From assembly GCF_009914755.1 (NCBI RefSeq), contig NC_060946.1: DNA of 64,000 nucleotides; one strand, 5' to 3'. Below the pieces are notes generated by a model. The model was not told the DNA's origin and searched no databases. It saw nothing but the letters and a program-made list of their open reading frames with translations. Within the stretch, counting starts at the first letter, position 1. Each line of letters starts with the position of its first letter. This DNA is from the human T2T-CHM13v2.0 reference genome, Homo sapiens. Of this stretch, positions 1 through 16,160 are shown piece by piece. The position numbers and the translations under genes are program-made.

Positions 1-669
1 TTTGGCCCTAACAAATGCAGGTTGTGATTATTAACATAAGTCTGGTTTCCTCTCTCATGGCATTTCTTTAGTGGCCAGATGGTGTGAGTGGCTCCAGAAG
101 ACTCTTCTCTTCTCTGTGCAAGAGCCAGGAAGGCTCTAGAAAGGAATGTCTGAGGAAGCATCGGAGACTGGGTCCCGCCATGCCTGTGTCATCTCCTGGC
201 TTCCCCGGCCCTTGTGAGCCCCGCGGTTGCTTATTTATCCTGCTAAGGCCACAGTCTCAGGTTCCAGAAACTCTGGCAAGGAAGTCTGGGAAGGTTGATG
301 GGGATGGGCTGGCGGGCTGGGAGAGGTGCTTTGTTTTCACTCCTCAGGAAGCTTGAGGCTTCTTGTGGAAGCGTCTGCTGCTTTGGGCTGGGCAGCTGCG
401 CCCCCAGAAAGCCAGCTAGGGGTCTGCCGCCTAATACCATGGGTGGAAACTATTGCAGTCAGCTGTTGGGATGCAGGGGAAGGTATTGGTAGGACTGGGG
501 TGCCCTGTCTCCTTTGTCCCCATGAGTGCAGGGGATAGATCTGAAAGGAGAGGGGAAAATGGATGTTTTCTTCTTTGTCTCTCCTTTCTCCCTGCTTTCA
601 AGTCTGTGAATTAATTGGAGTCATTCCCAAGGGAGGAGGGTCACTTTATTGAATTTTAAGACAAGGCGG

Positions 670-962
670 GGCCAGGCGCGATGGCTCACGCCTGTAATCC
701 CAGCACTTTGGGAGGCCAAGGCGGGCAGATCATGAGGTCAAGAGACCATCCTGGCTAACACAGTGAAACCCCGTCTCTACTAAAAATACAAAAAAAAAAT
801 TAGCCGGGCGTGGTGGCGGGCGCCTGTAGTCCCAGCCACTCAGGAGGCTGAGGCATGAGAATGGCATGAACTCGGGAGGCAGAGCTTGCAGTGAGCCAAG
901 ATCCACCACTGCACTCCAGCCTGGGTGACAGAGCAAGACTGCGTCTCAAAAAAAAAAAAAAA
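670..962 (+). mobile_element. AluY
   Basis: Full dimer with poly-A and AluY-type GAGACCATCCTGGCTAAC. TSD AAGACAAGGC at 658-667 and 965-974. Confidence 0.93.
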
Positions 963-1177
963 GCAAGACAAGGCATATGACAGGGCATGATACTGACGAG
1001 ACCTTGGACATCAAAGGCTGGAGCAGGACTTCCTCCTAGGGAACATCCTCAGATATGTAGATGTCACCGTGTGGGCTCAGACATCCAGGGTGGACCAGAG
1101 CCGGTGGCTTAGGTCTGGTGGTCTGTCCCTGACTGCACTTTTTTCAGAGCTGTTTTGGTTTGAAGCTCAAAGCGGGC

Positions 1178-1403
<226 letters not shown>

Positions 1404-1428
1404 TAACTTTTTTTTAATTAAAAAAAAA

Positions 1429-1720
1429 TTTTTTTTGAAACAAGGTCTCACTCTGTCGCCCAGGCTGGAGTGCAGTGGTGCGATCATGGCTCACCGCAGC
1501 CTTGACCTCTCCAGGCTCAGGCGATTCTCCCACCTCAGCCTTCTGAGTAGCTGGGACGGCAGGCACATGCCACCATGCCCAGCTAATTTTTGTATTTTTT
1601 TGTAGAGATGAGGTGTCTTCATGTTGCCCGTGCCAGTCTCAAACTCCTGGGCTCAAGCGATCCACCCGCCTTGGCCTCCCAAAGTGCTGGGACTCCAGGC
1701 ATGAGCCACCATGCCTGGCC
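1429..1720 (-). mobile_element. AluJ
   Basis: Full antisense dimer with J-type diagnostics. Confidence 0.9.
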
Positions 1721-2315
1721 AAGGGGGCTTTTCAAAGGCTGGGCTGGGCTGTTCATTTGGAAAAAAGGTTGGGGATGTTTTCACTTCACCAGGACTTCTG
1801 CCAGTCAGCAGGCTGGTACATTAGGAGCCCAAGTTTTGCCTGGTGCTGGTGGACGGGTCTAGGCCTGAGAAGCCGTAGTCTCCTAGTGCTTGGTGCTGCT
1901 AAGCCCAAAGAACAGAGTGGTTACAGGAAATGGAACATTTAGTCTGGCAGAGGCCAAGGGCAGCAGGTCCCTACTCTGGCTGCCCATGTAGTTAAAAAGT
2001 CACACACGTGCGCAGCTGGTCTGATTAATGAGTTTGTTTTTTGATGTCACAGTTTCTGGGCACAGCAGAGCTGGCTCCTCTGCTTGGGGTCTCCTCAGGC
2101 TGCAGTTGAGGTGTTGGCCGGGGCTGCATTCCCTGCTGGGGCTTGGGGTTCTCTTCTAAGCTCACCTGGGTTGCTGGCAGTGCTTACCTCCTGGCAGTTG
2201 TAGGACTGAGTCCCCATTTCCTTGCTGGCATTGGCTGGAGGCCCCTTCTAGAGCCCACCCTGTTCATAGGCAGTTCACACACAGCTGTTTGCTTTTCTCT
2301 TCTCAGTGAATCTGG

Positions 2316-2615
2316 TTTTTTTGTTTTTTCGTTTTTGAGACGGAGTCTTGCTCTGTTCCCCAGGCTGGAGTGCAGTGGGGCGATCTTGGCTCACTGCAAG
2401 CTCCGCCTCCTGGGTTCATGCCATTCTCCTGCCTCCGCCTCCTGAGTAGCTGGGACTACAGGCACCCACCACCATGCCCGGCTAATTTTTTGTATTTTTA
2501 GTAGAGGTGGTTTCACCATGTTAGCCAGGATGGTCTCGATCTCCTGACCTTGTGATCCGCCCTCCTCGGCCTCCCAAAGTGCTGGGATTACAGGTGTGAG
2601 CCACCGCGCCCGGCC
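2316..2615 (-). mobile_element. AluY/AluSc
   Basis: Full antisense dimer; GCAAGCTCCGCCTCC, GTTAGCCAGGATGGTCTCGATCTCC. Confidence 0.92.
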
Positions 2616-3058
2616 AAGTCTGGGTTTTTTGAAAAGCTCCCTGGGTGACTTGACTCTAGCCCTCAGGGTTCAGACCCTTCGGTTTCTGGGAGTCCGTGGA
2701 CATTGGCTGCAGGTTTTGAAAGGCTGGCATCTCAAGAGGGGAGCAGATGAAGAGTCATGGGGAAGGTTCCTGTGCAGTATGAGGAAGGTTTAATTTTCTT
2801 GCCAACTTTTGAGATAATTATGTGTAAATCTTTTTTATATAGTTAAGATGTTGCTGTGTAGTTGGGTGTCCGGCCTTAGTTAATGTGAACGTTTCCATGT
2901 ATTAGTAAATCTTGTGTAAATATTATTTTTAAGGGCCATATTATTACTTTGTAGTGGAGTTATGGTTTAATTTATCTAATTTTAATGAATTTTTGTTGGA
3001 CATTTCGAGTGGTTCTTTATGCAGCTGGTTAGTATAATGTTTCAGTGAACTTCTCTCT

Positions 3059-3578
3059 CTTTTTTTAAATAGCTTCACTGAGGTAATTCATGTACCATAC
3101 AATTCAACCCTTTAAAGCAGCCAATTTAATGGGTTTTGGTATATTACATTATTACTTTTTAAAAATTATGGTGAAATATATATACAAATTTGACATTTTA
3201 ACCACTAAAAATTAAAATTATGGTAAAATAACATAAAATTTACCATTTTTAGCCGCACAGCTAAATGGTGTTAAGTATATTCCTGTCATGCACCCATCAC
3301 TATCATCCATCTCCAGAACTCTTTCCACCTTGCAAAACTGAAAATCTGTACTCATTTCCACCCATTAAAGAACAGTGCTTCTTCCCCCACGCCCAGTCCC
3401 TGTAACCACCATTCTACTTTCTATCTCTAGGAATCTGACGACTCTAGAAACTTTATTTAAGTGGAATCATGCAGTATTTGTCTTTTTGTGACTTATTTCA
3501 CATCATGTCCTCAAAGTTCATCTGTGTTTTACTGTGTTTCAGAACCCCTTCCTTTTTAAGCTTGAGTAATAATTCAAT

Positions 3579-3621
<43 letters not shown>

Positions 3622-3705
3622 TTAATCTATCATTCATTGATGGGCACTTGGGTCATTTTAACCATTTTTAAATGTACAGTTCAGTGGCATTAATTACATT
3701 CAGTG
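3059..3705 (-). mobile_element. L1M (L1MB/ME-like) 3' fragments
   Basis: Old L1 3'UTR motifs CCATCTCCAGAACT, GTGGAATCATGCAGTATTTGTC, GTACAGTTCAGTGGCATT. Confidence 0.75.
3584..3621. repeat. (TG)n(TA)n compound microsatellite
   Basis: Direct reading. Confidence 0.95.
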
Positions 3706-3720
3706 AATTTTTTTGTGGGG

Positions 3721-4020
3721 TTTTTTTTTTGTTTGTTTTTGAAACAGGATCTCGCTCTGCCATCTCACTCTGCATCTGCACTGGTGCAGTAAGAGCTCAC
3801 TGCAGCCTTGACCTCCTGTGATCCTCCCACCTCAGCCTCCTGAGTAGCTGGGACTACAGATGCACATCACTACACTCATCTGTCGTTTTTTTTCTTTTTG
3901 TAGAGACAGGGTCTTGCTGTGTTGCCCAGGCTGGTCTTAAACTCCTGGGCTCAAATGATCTGCCCGCCTTGGCTTCTCCTGAAGTGCTGGGATTACAGGT
4001 GTGAGCCACCATACTTGGCC
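3721..4020 (-). mobile_element. AluJ
   Basis: Diverged antisense dimer. Confidence 0.88.
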
Positions 4021-5231
4021 AAGTGAATACCTTTTTATATGAGTTTCTGCCCATGATGGGGTGGGCCTCTGTCACTGGATTTACCAGGTCAGAGAGGTGG
4101 ATGGTCTTAAGACCCTTGATGGCTGCTGCCAGGTCACCTTCCAGAAATCCTGCCCCAGTTTACCCTTGGCTTTATGGTTAACTGCCTGCTCTTTTTTGAC
4201 TTTTTTCTTGCCTCCTTCTGTTCACAGGATTGTACTGAAGCAGTTCCATCAGGTGCTAAAACGTCTGAGCTGTGTGGGGCCTTACCCTCCAAAAATCCAA
4301 AATTGTGATGTGGGATTTTCATTCCAGAGAAGCAGAATCTGAGATTAAGGTTTGCTTTGGGTCAGAGGAGTCTGTGCTAGACTGGGCTCCACGGTAATTC
4401 CCGATTCCTTGATGACCCTCGAAACAGTCCAGCTTTGATAGGGAGGAGCCCTGAGCTGGGGTCACACTGGTCCACTCTCTCATTCAGGAAGTTTCCTGAG
4501 GCCACTGGCTGTGTGACACTCAGTTCTTTGTCAGCGCTGTGGTTCTTGGTAGGGAAAGAACTTACTGTCCCCTTGTCTGTTGTGAAGTTTGCTAGTTTAT
4601 TGCTGTTGTGGGCTACTTGTAACTGAATCTGAAAAGCATTTTGGCTTCTCTTCTGTGCATCGTGAGTTAGGTCTGCCAGATAGCATTGTCCAGTTAATTC
4701 TGGCTCATGGAGTTCCTGCTTGGCTTTCATTGAAGCTCCAAGGAAGCAGAAGGCCATGGCAGAAAAGGATTTCTACAAAGGGAAAGGGACTTGCATGGCT
4801 GCACTTGGCTGGCAGAAGCTGGGCTGGGACGGGAGGACAAACACCTCCCTGTGCAGGCAGTGGGTTCAGATGGTCTTGGCTGGAAGGAGGGCAGATAATG
4901 GTGAGACCACGTTTGGAGGGAGGGCAGCATGGTGTCATGGGCTTGGGGAGGAAAGGAGAGGAATGGCCCCTTCTTCAGCACTGACTAGTCGTCCTGCACC
5001 GTGGAGGGTGTTCCGTCTTATTTTCCAGCGCTCACAACTAGGAGCCAGCAGTTCAGTTTTAGCCATCCCAGCTCATGGATTATGGAGCTGGGACCCACGC
5101 TTGCTCCTCCTCTTGCTCTGCGTTGCCCATCTTAGCTGTGCCCTTGGCCGCCACTCTGACTCCAGTGAATCACGTAGACTCCTTGGGCCTCTGAATTCCT
5201 GTCCGTAAATGATGAAGCTGAATGGCAGCAT

Positions 5232-5374
5232 TTTTAAGATCCGTTAGTTTTGTGATTCTAAATAAAATTAAGTCATGTTGCTCTGAGTTCCCAGAAAATT
5301 ATTTTAAGATCCGTTAGTTTTGTGATTCTAAATAAAATTAAGTCATGTTGCTCTGAGTTCCCAGCAAATTATTT
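5232..5374. repeat. 70-bp tandem duplication (2 copies, 1 mismatch)
   Basis: 5232-5301 equals 5302-5371 except A5295/C5365. Confidence 0.97.
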
Positions 5375-6534
5375 GGAAATCCCTCTTGGTGGATGTCCCA
5401 AAGCAGCCTTCCTGTAGGATCCTGGTTGTGTCTGGCTTCCTGCAGTAATGTGGATTGGGGTGGATTGGCCTCTGTGTGCACCCTTAATGGGAACCAGGAC
5501 ACTGCTTTGCTGGCTGATTTGTTGTCCTCCCTTACTGCCCACTGGCCAGTCTACAGGTCACCACCAGGACTGGAACAGATTTCAGAGGCCGTGCAGGTTT
5601 CATCTGGGGCAACGTGCCAAAGTGCAGAGCGTGGGCAGCGGGAGGCCCTGCCGTCCGCGTGGATGGGGGAGACGGCAGCATGGGGGTGTCTGCCAGGGCG
5701 GAGGTGATGATGTGCAAGCAGGTGGTTGGCAGCAGGAGGCCTGGTAGTGCCAGCTGGTGTCTTGCCAGCCAGAGCACAGCCCCGCTTGGTCAGGAATGCA
5801 TGTGCTGAGGCCAGCACTGAGATGAGCAGGCATGCGTGTGTGGCCACCCCTATTTCTGTGCTATAGTGGGAGGAGCACATTAGGTACTTTGAGGCCATAA
5901 TTTACCTTTGTTACAGATGACCAATTCCCCAACAGCCTCCCAGCCTTTTGCAGGCCCCACCTGGGATCAGAAGGCAAGGTATCCTTCCTGCAGGGAAAGC
6001 CTGTTAGTCTTTCCTGAGCATTCTTAGTGCCAGTTGGAGTAGGGGCTGTCTTGGTACTGAGCTGGCCGGTGCTGGAGATGGGCTGGTCAGTCTGGAGGGC
6101 ATAAGGACAGGAAGGATACCGGCACTGAACGTTGTCACTCCTGTGGGGGTACAGATGCCTCAGTGGAAGCCACGCTTTCCTTCAGAATATTGCATTTGGT
6201 GGGCCTGTCTCAAGGTGCACTTTGACTCCTGAAGACCCTCCTTCTCCTCCTCTCACGGATCTGCCGGTGTTCCCTCTCTGGAAGGCTTGCAGGAGAGACA
6301 GGATCCCTCCCTTTACTGGAACTTTGCACTTGGGTTTGGCTTTGTGCTTTGTAAGGGGATCCCATTCAGCGTCCAGGATCCGAGCCTTGCTCTATTTCTG
6401 CAAGGAGCTGGTGGTTGCTGCTCGCCAAGGGGATACTCAGACAGCCAAAGCCTAGGCAGGATCAGAAGCTCAGGCAGCAGAGCCAAGATTTGAACCAATA
6501 ATTTTTTTTTTTTTTTTTTTACTTTACTCTACAG

Positions 6535-6750
6535 TATTGGGATTGGCTGAACTTTCCTTAAATGACCAGATAGTAACTAATTTTATGTTTGTGGCTGAGA
6601 GGCAAAATCGATGCTACTTTGTGGATACTTACATAACCATTTGGAATGTGAGCATGTGAAACTATAAAGAGCATTCTTAAGGCCTAGGTCACATGAAAAC
6701 AGGTGGCAGTGGGCTGGATTTGGCCTGTGGGCTGCAGTTTGCCAACCTGT
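6535..6750. mobile_element. MER58-family hAT-Charlie DNA transposon
   Basis: Ends in GGGCTGGATTTGGCCTGTGGGCTGCAGTTTGCCAACC, the MER58 terminus. Confidence 0.75.
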
Positions 6751-7151
6751 GTTTCACAGCGAGCTGCCTCCAAATGCCTGGTGGTGATGCAATCGATGAC
6801 AGAGCCAGGTGTGGGCGTCTCACATCTGTGCTCAGGAGCTCACAGGAGCTTCTCTCCTATAGAACCTGTGAGGCAGGTAGGGTAGTCTTCCAAACCCCAT
6901 GAGGATTCTTTCCTCAGAGAAGTTGCCGGAGGAGGAAAAGCTGGATGAGAGATGGTCACTTGGTTTCTAACTTCCCTTTCTCTTCCCTGTTTCCTGCTGC
7001 TTCCCAGGGCTGAATGAATATTCCCTGAAACAAGGCTGGCCATGAGCTAATAATCGTTGAAGCCAAATGATGGGGTAATGGGCATTCATGATGCTGTGCT
7101 CTTACTTTTGTATTTGTTTGAAATTTTCCAGGATAAAAAGCTAAGAAAATA

Positions 7152-7468
<317 letters not shown>

Positions 7469-7619
7469 TCATTGATTAAAGTTACCAAAAAACCCTTCCA
7501 CATTGAGAGAACAGGGTGTTAAAACTCAGAAACCTTTTCAAGCCCCAAGATGAGCAAACTTGCTCCTCTTATTTCCTAGCAGCAGATGTTCCTGAGAAAG
7601 GGGTAGCTGTGCTTGAGCC

Positions 7620-7985
7620 ATTCCATCATTCATCCAAGCCATCCATCTATCCATCTATTCATCATCAATCCAAGATCCAAACATTTATCTATTTATCTAT
7701 CCACCCATCCATCCAACCAGTCATACAACCATCCATTTAACTATTCTTTATTCATCATCCATCCAACTAAATCTATTCATCCCTCTGTCATCCATTCATT
7801 CCTCCCTCCCTCCCTCCCTCCCTCCCTCCCTCCATCCATCCATCCATCATCTGTCTAACATCCAGCCAACCATCCATCCATTCAACATTGAACTATCCAT
7901 TATTCACTCATCCATCCAAACATGCATCCATTCAGTCATCACCTATTCATCCATCCATTCATCCTCCAACCATTCATCTGTTCAT
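7620..7985. repeat. Degenerate (TCCA)n simple repeat with a pure (CCCT)n core at 7801-7833; probably an expanded L2 tail
   Basis: Direct reading; followed by L2-like CACCTACTGGGGTCCAAGCACAATGCT. Confidence 0.9.
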
Positions 7986-8223
7986 TTGAAGTTGATGTGA
8001 CACCTACTGGGGTCCAAGCACAATGCTTAGGCCTTGACTTTGTCCTTGACCTCAAGGAACCCATAGACATATATTAAAAACAGCTGATAAAGGGGTGCTG
8101 GGATGGAAGTGAGTACCAACCAGGCACTGAGAAGTGACTGACTCTGCTGGGTTAGCAGAAGGAAGACATTAAGGAGAGGATGGCCCATTAGTTGGATCTT
8201 GAATGGACTCAAAAGGAGTATAT

Positions 8224-8510
<287 letters not shown>

Positions 8511-9380
8511 TTAGGCCATTGTAGGGGAGGAGGAGAGGCCTTCTAAGCAGGGACTGTCACAAAGGAATGAAAGAGCCTAACAGCCTGGCCTGCCACAGGT
8601 TTCTCAGACACTTGGGATAGCTGGCATATGGTGTTGGGGTGAGAGACCAGCTAGTGATGATGTGGGGTGGTCTGGTGTTGACCCCCAGAGGCCAGAGAAG
8701 ACTTCTGCATGGAGGATGGAGTGAGCATGGAGTGTGCGACTGCCATAGGCCCTGCTCAGTGCCCTACACCCCGTGTGTGCCTGTGACACCTGATGGCCTA
8801 TGCACCCCATACACACAGCTGGACAGCAGACCCCGGCTGCCCTGGCTGAGGCAGGTGTGCCCATCTGTACCCACCTTTGCTTTGGCTCATTGGCTCCTGG
8901 TCTCCTGTTGCCGAGCACCTGTCTAGACAGAATGATGTTTTGTGTCTGTGCAAAACAGACACGCTGGAGCTTCGTGTTTGCAGAGCTTCATGCTTCAGTT
9001 GGTACCCCGTGAGGCTTGTGTGGGCAGCTGTTCAGAAACCTCAATTGGGCCCTCTGGCATTTGTGAGAACCTTGGGCTGGAACCCACCCGGCTGGCAGTG
9101 CAGGAGAGCAGCCCTTCCCCCTCGAGGGCCTTGTCCCTTTCACCTGTGCCGTGTCTGTGTGACACTGAAGCTCTGTCTGGTGCGGGTTGAAGTTTGTGAC
9201 CCCCACTTACCAGGCCCAGAGCATGCATGGTGGACTGTGGGAGATAGTCATTGGGATTTTTCATTTGATTTTATGTTTTTTTTTTAATCAAGGTAAAATA
9301 CATGTAACATTTACCATCTTAACCATTTAAAAATAACACAGTTCAGTGGTGTTGAGTATGTTCATGTTGTTCAGCCATCA

Positions 9381-9730
<350 letters not shown>

Positions 9731-9937
9731 GCTTCTGGACTCATTAAATATAGGCTTTCCATTTCCCCTCCCCGCGGCAACCACTGTTCTACTTTCTGTA
9801 TGGATTTGGCTAATCGAGGTACTTCATATGAGTGGATTCATATAGCCTTCGTCTTTTGTTCCTGGCTTATTTCACGTAACGTCATGTCCTCAAGGTTCAT
9901 CGGTGTTGTAGCATGCATTAGAATCTCCTTTCTTTTA

Positions 9938-10242
<305 letters not shown>

Positions 10243-10340
10243 TTAAAGCTGAATAATATTCCATTGGTAGACACACATTTTGTTTATCCATCTCTCTGCC
10301 AGTAGACACTTGGGTTGCCTCCACCTTTTGGCTGTTGTGA

Positions 10341-10654
<314 letters not shown>

Positions 10655-10655
10655 T

Positions 10656-10784
10656 ATTTTTTAATTTTTTTAGAGATGGGGTCTTGCTGTGTTGCCCAGG
10701 CTGGTCTCAACCTCCTGGCCTCAGGCCATCCTCCTGCCTTAGCCCCCTGAGTAACTGTGATTACAGACATGCACCACTGCGCCC
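10656..10784 (-). mobile_element. Alu monomer (FLAM/AluJ left arm)
   Basis: Single-arm antisense Alu. Confidence 0.8.
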
Positions 10785-11000
10785 CTACTCAATGGTATTT
10801 TTCACATATCAGATTTTTACATTATTTGCCCCTCACCCACTTAACAGCTATTTGTTTTTCAACTAACTTCCTTTACTGTTTCAACAAATTTCCAATTATA
10901 GTAATTTTTACCCTAGAAAAAAGAAATTATGGGTTGAAGGTAAAACAAAAATACATATCTTGTGAATTATCTGTTCTTTTTCAAACATCTTAAAGACTTA

Positions 11001-11323
<323 letters not shown>

Positions 11324-11339
11324 TCATTTGATGGTTGTA

Positions 11340-12355
<1,016 letters not shown>

Positions 12356-12356
12356 C

Positions 12357-12643
12357 TTTTTTTTGAGACAGTCTCACTCTGTTGCCCAGGCTGGAGTGCA
12401 GTGGTACAATCTTGGCTCACTGCAGCCTCCGCCTGCCGGGTTCAAGGATTCTCCTGCCTCAGCCTCCCGAGCAGCTGGGATTACAGGCGCCCACCACCAC
12501 GCCTGGCTAGTTTTTTTTGTTTTGTTTTGTTTTGTTTTTTGTATTTTTAATAGAGACAGGGTTTCATCATGTTGTCCAGGCTGGTTGTAAACTCCTAACC
12601 TCAGGTGATCCACCCGCCTTGGCCTCCCAGAGTGCTGGGATTA
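12357..12643 (-). mobile_element. AluSx-type, 5'-truncated
   Basis: Antisense dimer ending at GGGATTA; TSD at 12038-12050 and 12644-12656. Confidence 0.9.
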
Positions 12644-14335
12644 TCTTAGAGCTTCTCAATAGAAGTCCTATCTTCCAGGCCACATCTCACCCTCCAGGGG
12701 TAGGGGCTGGTGGAGCTGTTCTCACTCAGTTTGTCCTCAGTTCCTTCTTGAGCCTGGACCCTTCCCTCTAGATTTGGGGCTGCTCCTCTCAGAGTGCCCC
12801 AGAACAAAACCCCCTCCCTGTTCCCACTTCCCACTGTCTGCAGGACTCCCCTACCCCATAACCAGGGTCCTGCCAGCCCTACCCTCAGCCTCCCATAAGG
12901 GTCTGAAGTGGCAGGTGGATGGGAAACTGCACTCTCTGACCTCTGCAAGGGGACTGCTGCTTTCCCATGAGCTTCTCCTCTTTCCGTTGCTGGTTTCTTC
13001 TTTGTTATCTTTGCTGCTGGAGTGGCCAGACCCTGGGAAGCGGGCTGGAGAGAGGAGAGAAGCCATCGAGCCACATGGACCCCTACAGCCCGGAATCTGA
13101 GCTGTGGTAGGATTGGCTGCGATTGGGATTGGCAGACACACTGGGTTTGTACAGGAGGGGACCCTGAAGGATGGGCTGTGGTCAAAGTGGGATCCCTTCA
13201 CTGTCCATAGTCCTTGGATCTGAAACTGCTGACAGGTGCCCCTGGGAACTGCTGTGGTATTTGGAGTCTATAGAGACACCCATTGCTCAGGACCCCAGGG
13301 CCTTAACAGGGAGTACACTGGCTTCTGGGAAGCTTGATGGAGTTGTTGCTGCATAGGTGCAGAAAATCCCAGCAGTGGAGTAAGGCCTGAAGTAAGCCCC
13401 CACTGGGCTCTGTGGGGCCTGGGGCAGCCTCCTCTGTTGCAGGGCCGCCAGCATCTCCAGCAGAAGTGCAGTGCTTGCTCTGGGGACACAGGGGCCTTTT
13501 GGAATGAGCATGTGGACTTGGCTTATGGATTGTGCCTACCCCAGAGCGTTGCTGTGTCTCTCAACACACACAGCTTCCATGGGCTGCTCACTCCAATTCT
13601 GATGGAGAGGGCATTTATGACTCTGTCCGTTGGTTTGTTTTCTCACTGAAGAGGAACATAGATGCACCTGCTCTCTGGGCAAGAGATGTGGCAGCTGCAA
13701 GCTGCACACCCTGTTCTGAATATTGCCCAGACCAGAATATGAATTACTTGGTCATAAATCAGTGTCTTGTCTGCAGAAAACTTGGCAATGTGAGGGACGG
13801 CAGCTTTAACTTGATTCCTGGGAGGCTGCCGGCCTCAAAAAGGACAAGGACTGGCAATCAGATGGGCATTCTCTCTAATTTGGGAGGCTTTCGGGCTTCC
13901 TCACGGAGTGCTGCTCCTGGGGACGTACCACAAGAACCTCCCTTGTCTAGTTTTGTTCTGACGCTTGGGCTCATTCACCTGACTGTCTCCTTGCTTGTCT
14001 GGCTCTCAGGAAAGCCTTCCCGGAGAGGATGTGGCTGACCCCTGCAGCCATCTCTCCACAGACAATCATGGCCCTGAGCTTGGCTGTCCTTGGTTGGGTA
14101 CATCCAAGGCTCTGCCTGCCAGGGTAGGCACTGGCCAGGCTGTGGGATGGCAGCGTTGCTGACTTGTGCTCCTGAGTCCTGGGGGCCCTGAGTGAGCCTC
14201 CGTGCAGGAGTCGGGCTGGGCTGAGAGGTGTGGAGAGTCGTTCCCTTAATGGATGGTCAGGCACAGCAGCTATGGGCTCAAATTCCGGAGGGACGCTGAG
14301 CCAGGTCCCAGCCTGTGCACTGAGCATGTCATTCA

Positions 14336-14709
<374 letters not shown>

Positions 14710-14829
14710 GAAGAAGAAGGAGGAGGAAGACAGTACTCCCAGTTATCATTGCGAGAGGCAGAGATGCGAGATTCCACTTTGAATTATGTTGAAATTTGGG
14801 GAAAATGCATGCCTGATAATGGGTAAAAT

Positions 14830-14985
14830 ACAGTAAGTTTCCTCATCTGTGAAATAGAAATCCCACTAGTCGTTGACTCAGGAACTTGCTGTGAAGATTA
14901 GAGATGAGGTGTGCAAAAAAAAGCACCTAGCGTGGCTGCTGGCATGCCCTGAGTGCTTAATAACATTTGTTATTCTCATTTTATT
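14830..14985 (+). mobile_element. MIR
   Basis: MIR core AGTTTCCTCATCTGTGAAAT...GTGAAGATTAGA...TGCTTAATAA. Confidence 0.8.
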
Positions 14986-15654
14986 GTTGTTATCGTAGTT
15001 GCTGTTATGACAGATAGCGGGAGAGGATGTTGGCTGCTTTATCAGCTGGCTGGATGTTTGGTTTGTTTTTTTTTTTTTGTGAGGGTTAAAGTGGGAGATG
15101 GGAAGCTGTCTTTTTCCATCAGAGTTGGAAAGGCCCGGAGTGTTCATTTCTCAGCAATAATTGTTTTCAAATGGTTTTATTTTAGGGATAGATCCCTTCT
15201 TTGCCAATGGTATTTCAGATGACCCCCCAGTATATGAAAAAGATGAAAGAGGAGCCACAGGTCCTGAAGGCTGCCCAGCTCAGCCTCCCCACCCAACCTG
15301 GGCTCTGAGGACCTGGCTTGGGAGGTGCTGCTCTTGGCAGCCCCAGCCTTCCACCTCTGTGGCCTGTGCCATGGCCAGGAGGACCTGCATTTCCTTCGGA
15401 CTGTCTCTCTGCTCAGGCGGATTATTTCGTGCTTCGTGTGCCCTCCCAGGGTAGGGACGGGGAAGCTGTGAGGATGCTCTGTGGGGATCGGCTCCCTGTG
15501 TTGTCCATGTCTTCTTTTAGGTGGAGTTGGCTAGGCAGGGAACCTGGCACCATTTCCTTCTCAGAGCAGAGAAACAGAGTCGGCGTTTGTGAGCGTGCAT
15601 TGTCCAAACCTGCATTTGGAAGGGGTCAAAGTAGGCTGGGCTTTGTTTTTACTT

Positions 15655-16160
15655 TTTCTTTTTAAATTATGATGAACTATACATAATGTAAAATTTACCA
15701 CTTCAGCCATTTTTAAGCATACGATCGATGCATGACATTAACTACATTGATGGTGTTGGGCAACCATCACCACTATCCATCTCCAGAACTTTTTCATCTT
15801 CCCCAGACTGAAGGTCTGTACCCATTTATAGCCAGTAAACAACTCTCTACTCCCTCCTCCCTCAGCCCCTGGCCACCACCATCCTACTCTATGTCTATGA
15901 ATTTGACTACTCTAGAGACCTCATATGAGTGGAGTCCTACAGCGTTTGTCCATTTGCATCTGGTTTATTTCACTTAACATAATGTCCTCAAGTTTCATCC
16001 TTGCCTTGGCATGTATTAGAATTTTCTTCCTTTTTAAGGCTGAATAATATTCCATTATATGTCTGCACCGCATTTTGCTTATGCATCCATTGGTGGATGG
16101 ACACCTGGCTTGTTTCTGCCTTTTGTAAAGCATGCTGCTGTGAACACGGGTATACATGCT
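15655..16160 (-). mobile_element. L1MB 3' end
   Basis: CCATCTCCAGAACTTTTTCATCTTCCC, AGGCTGAATAATATTCCATT. Confidence 0.82.

Noticed and set aside
5232-5374. CRISPR-like or other array reading of the direct repeats (also 62910-63025)
   Set aside because: Copies are directly adjacent with no unique spacers, in clearly human intronic DNA; these are simple tandem duplications.
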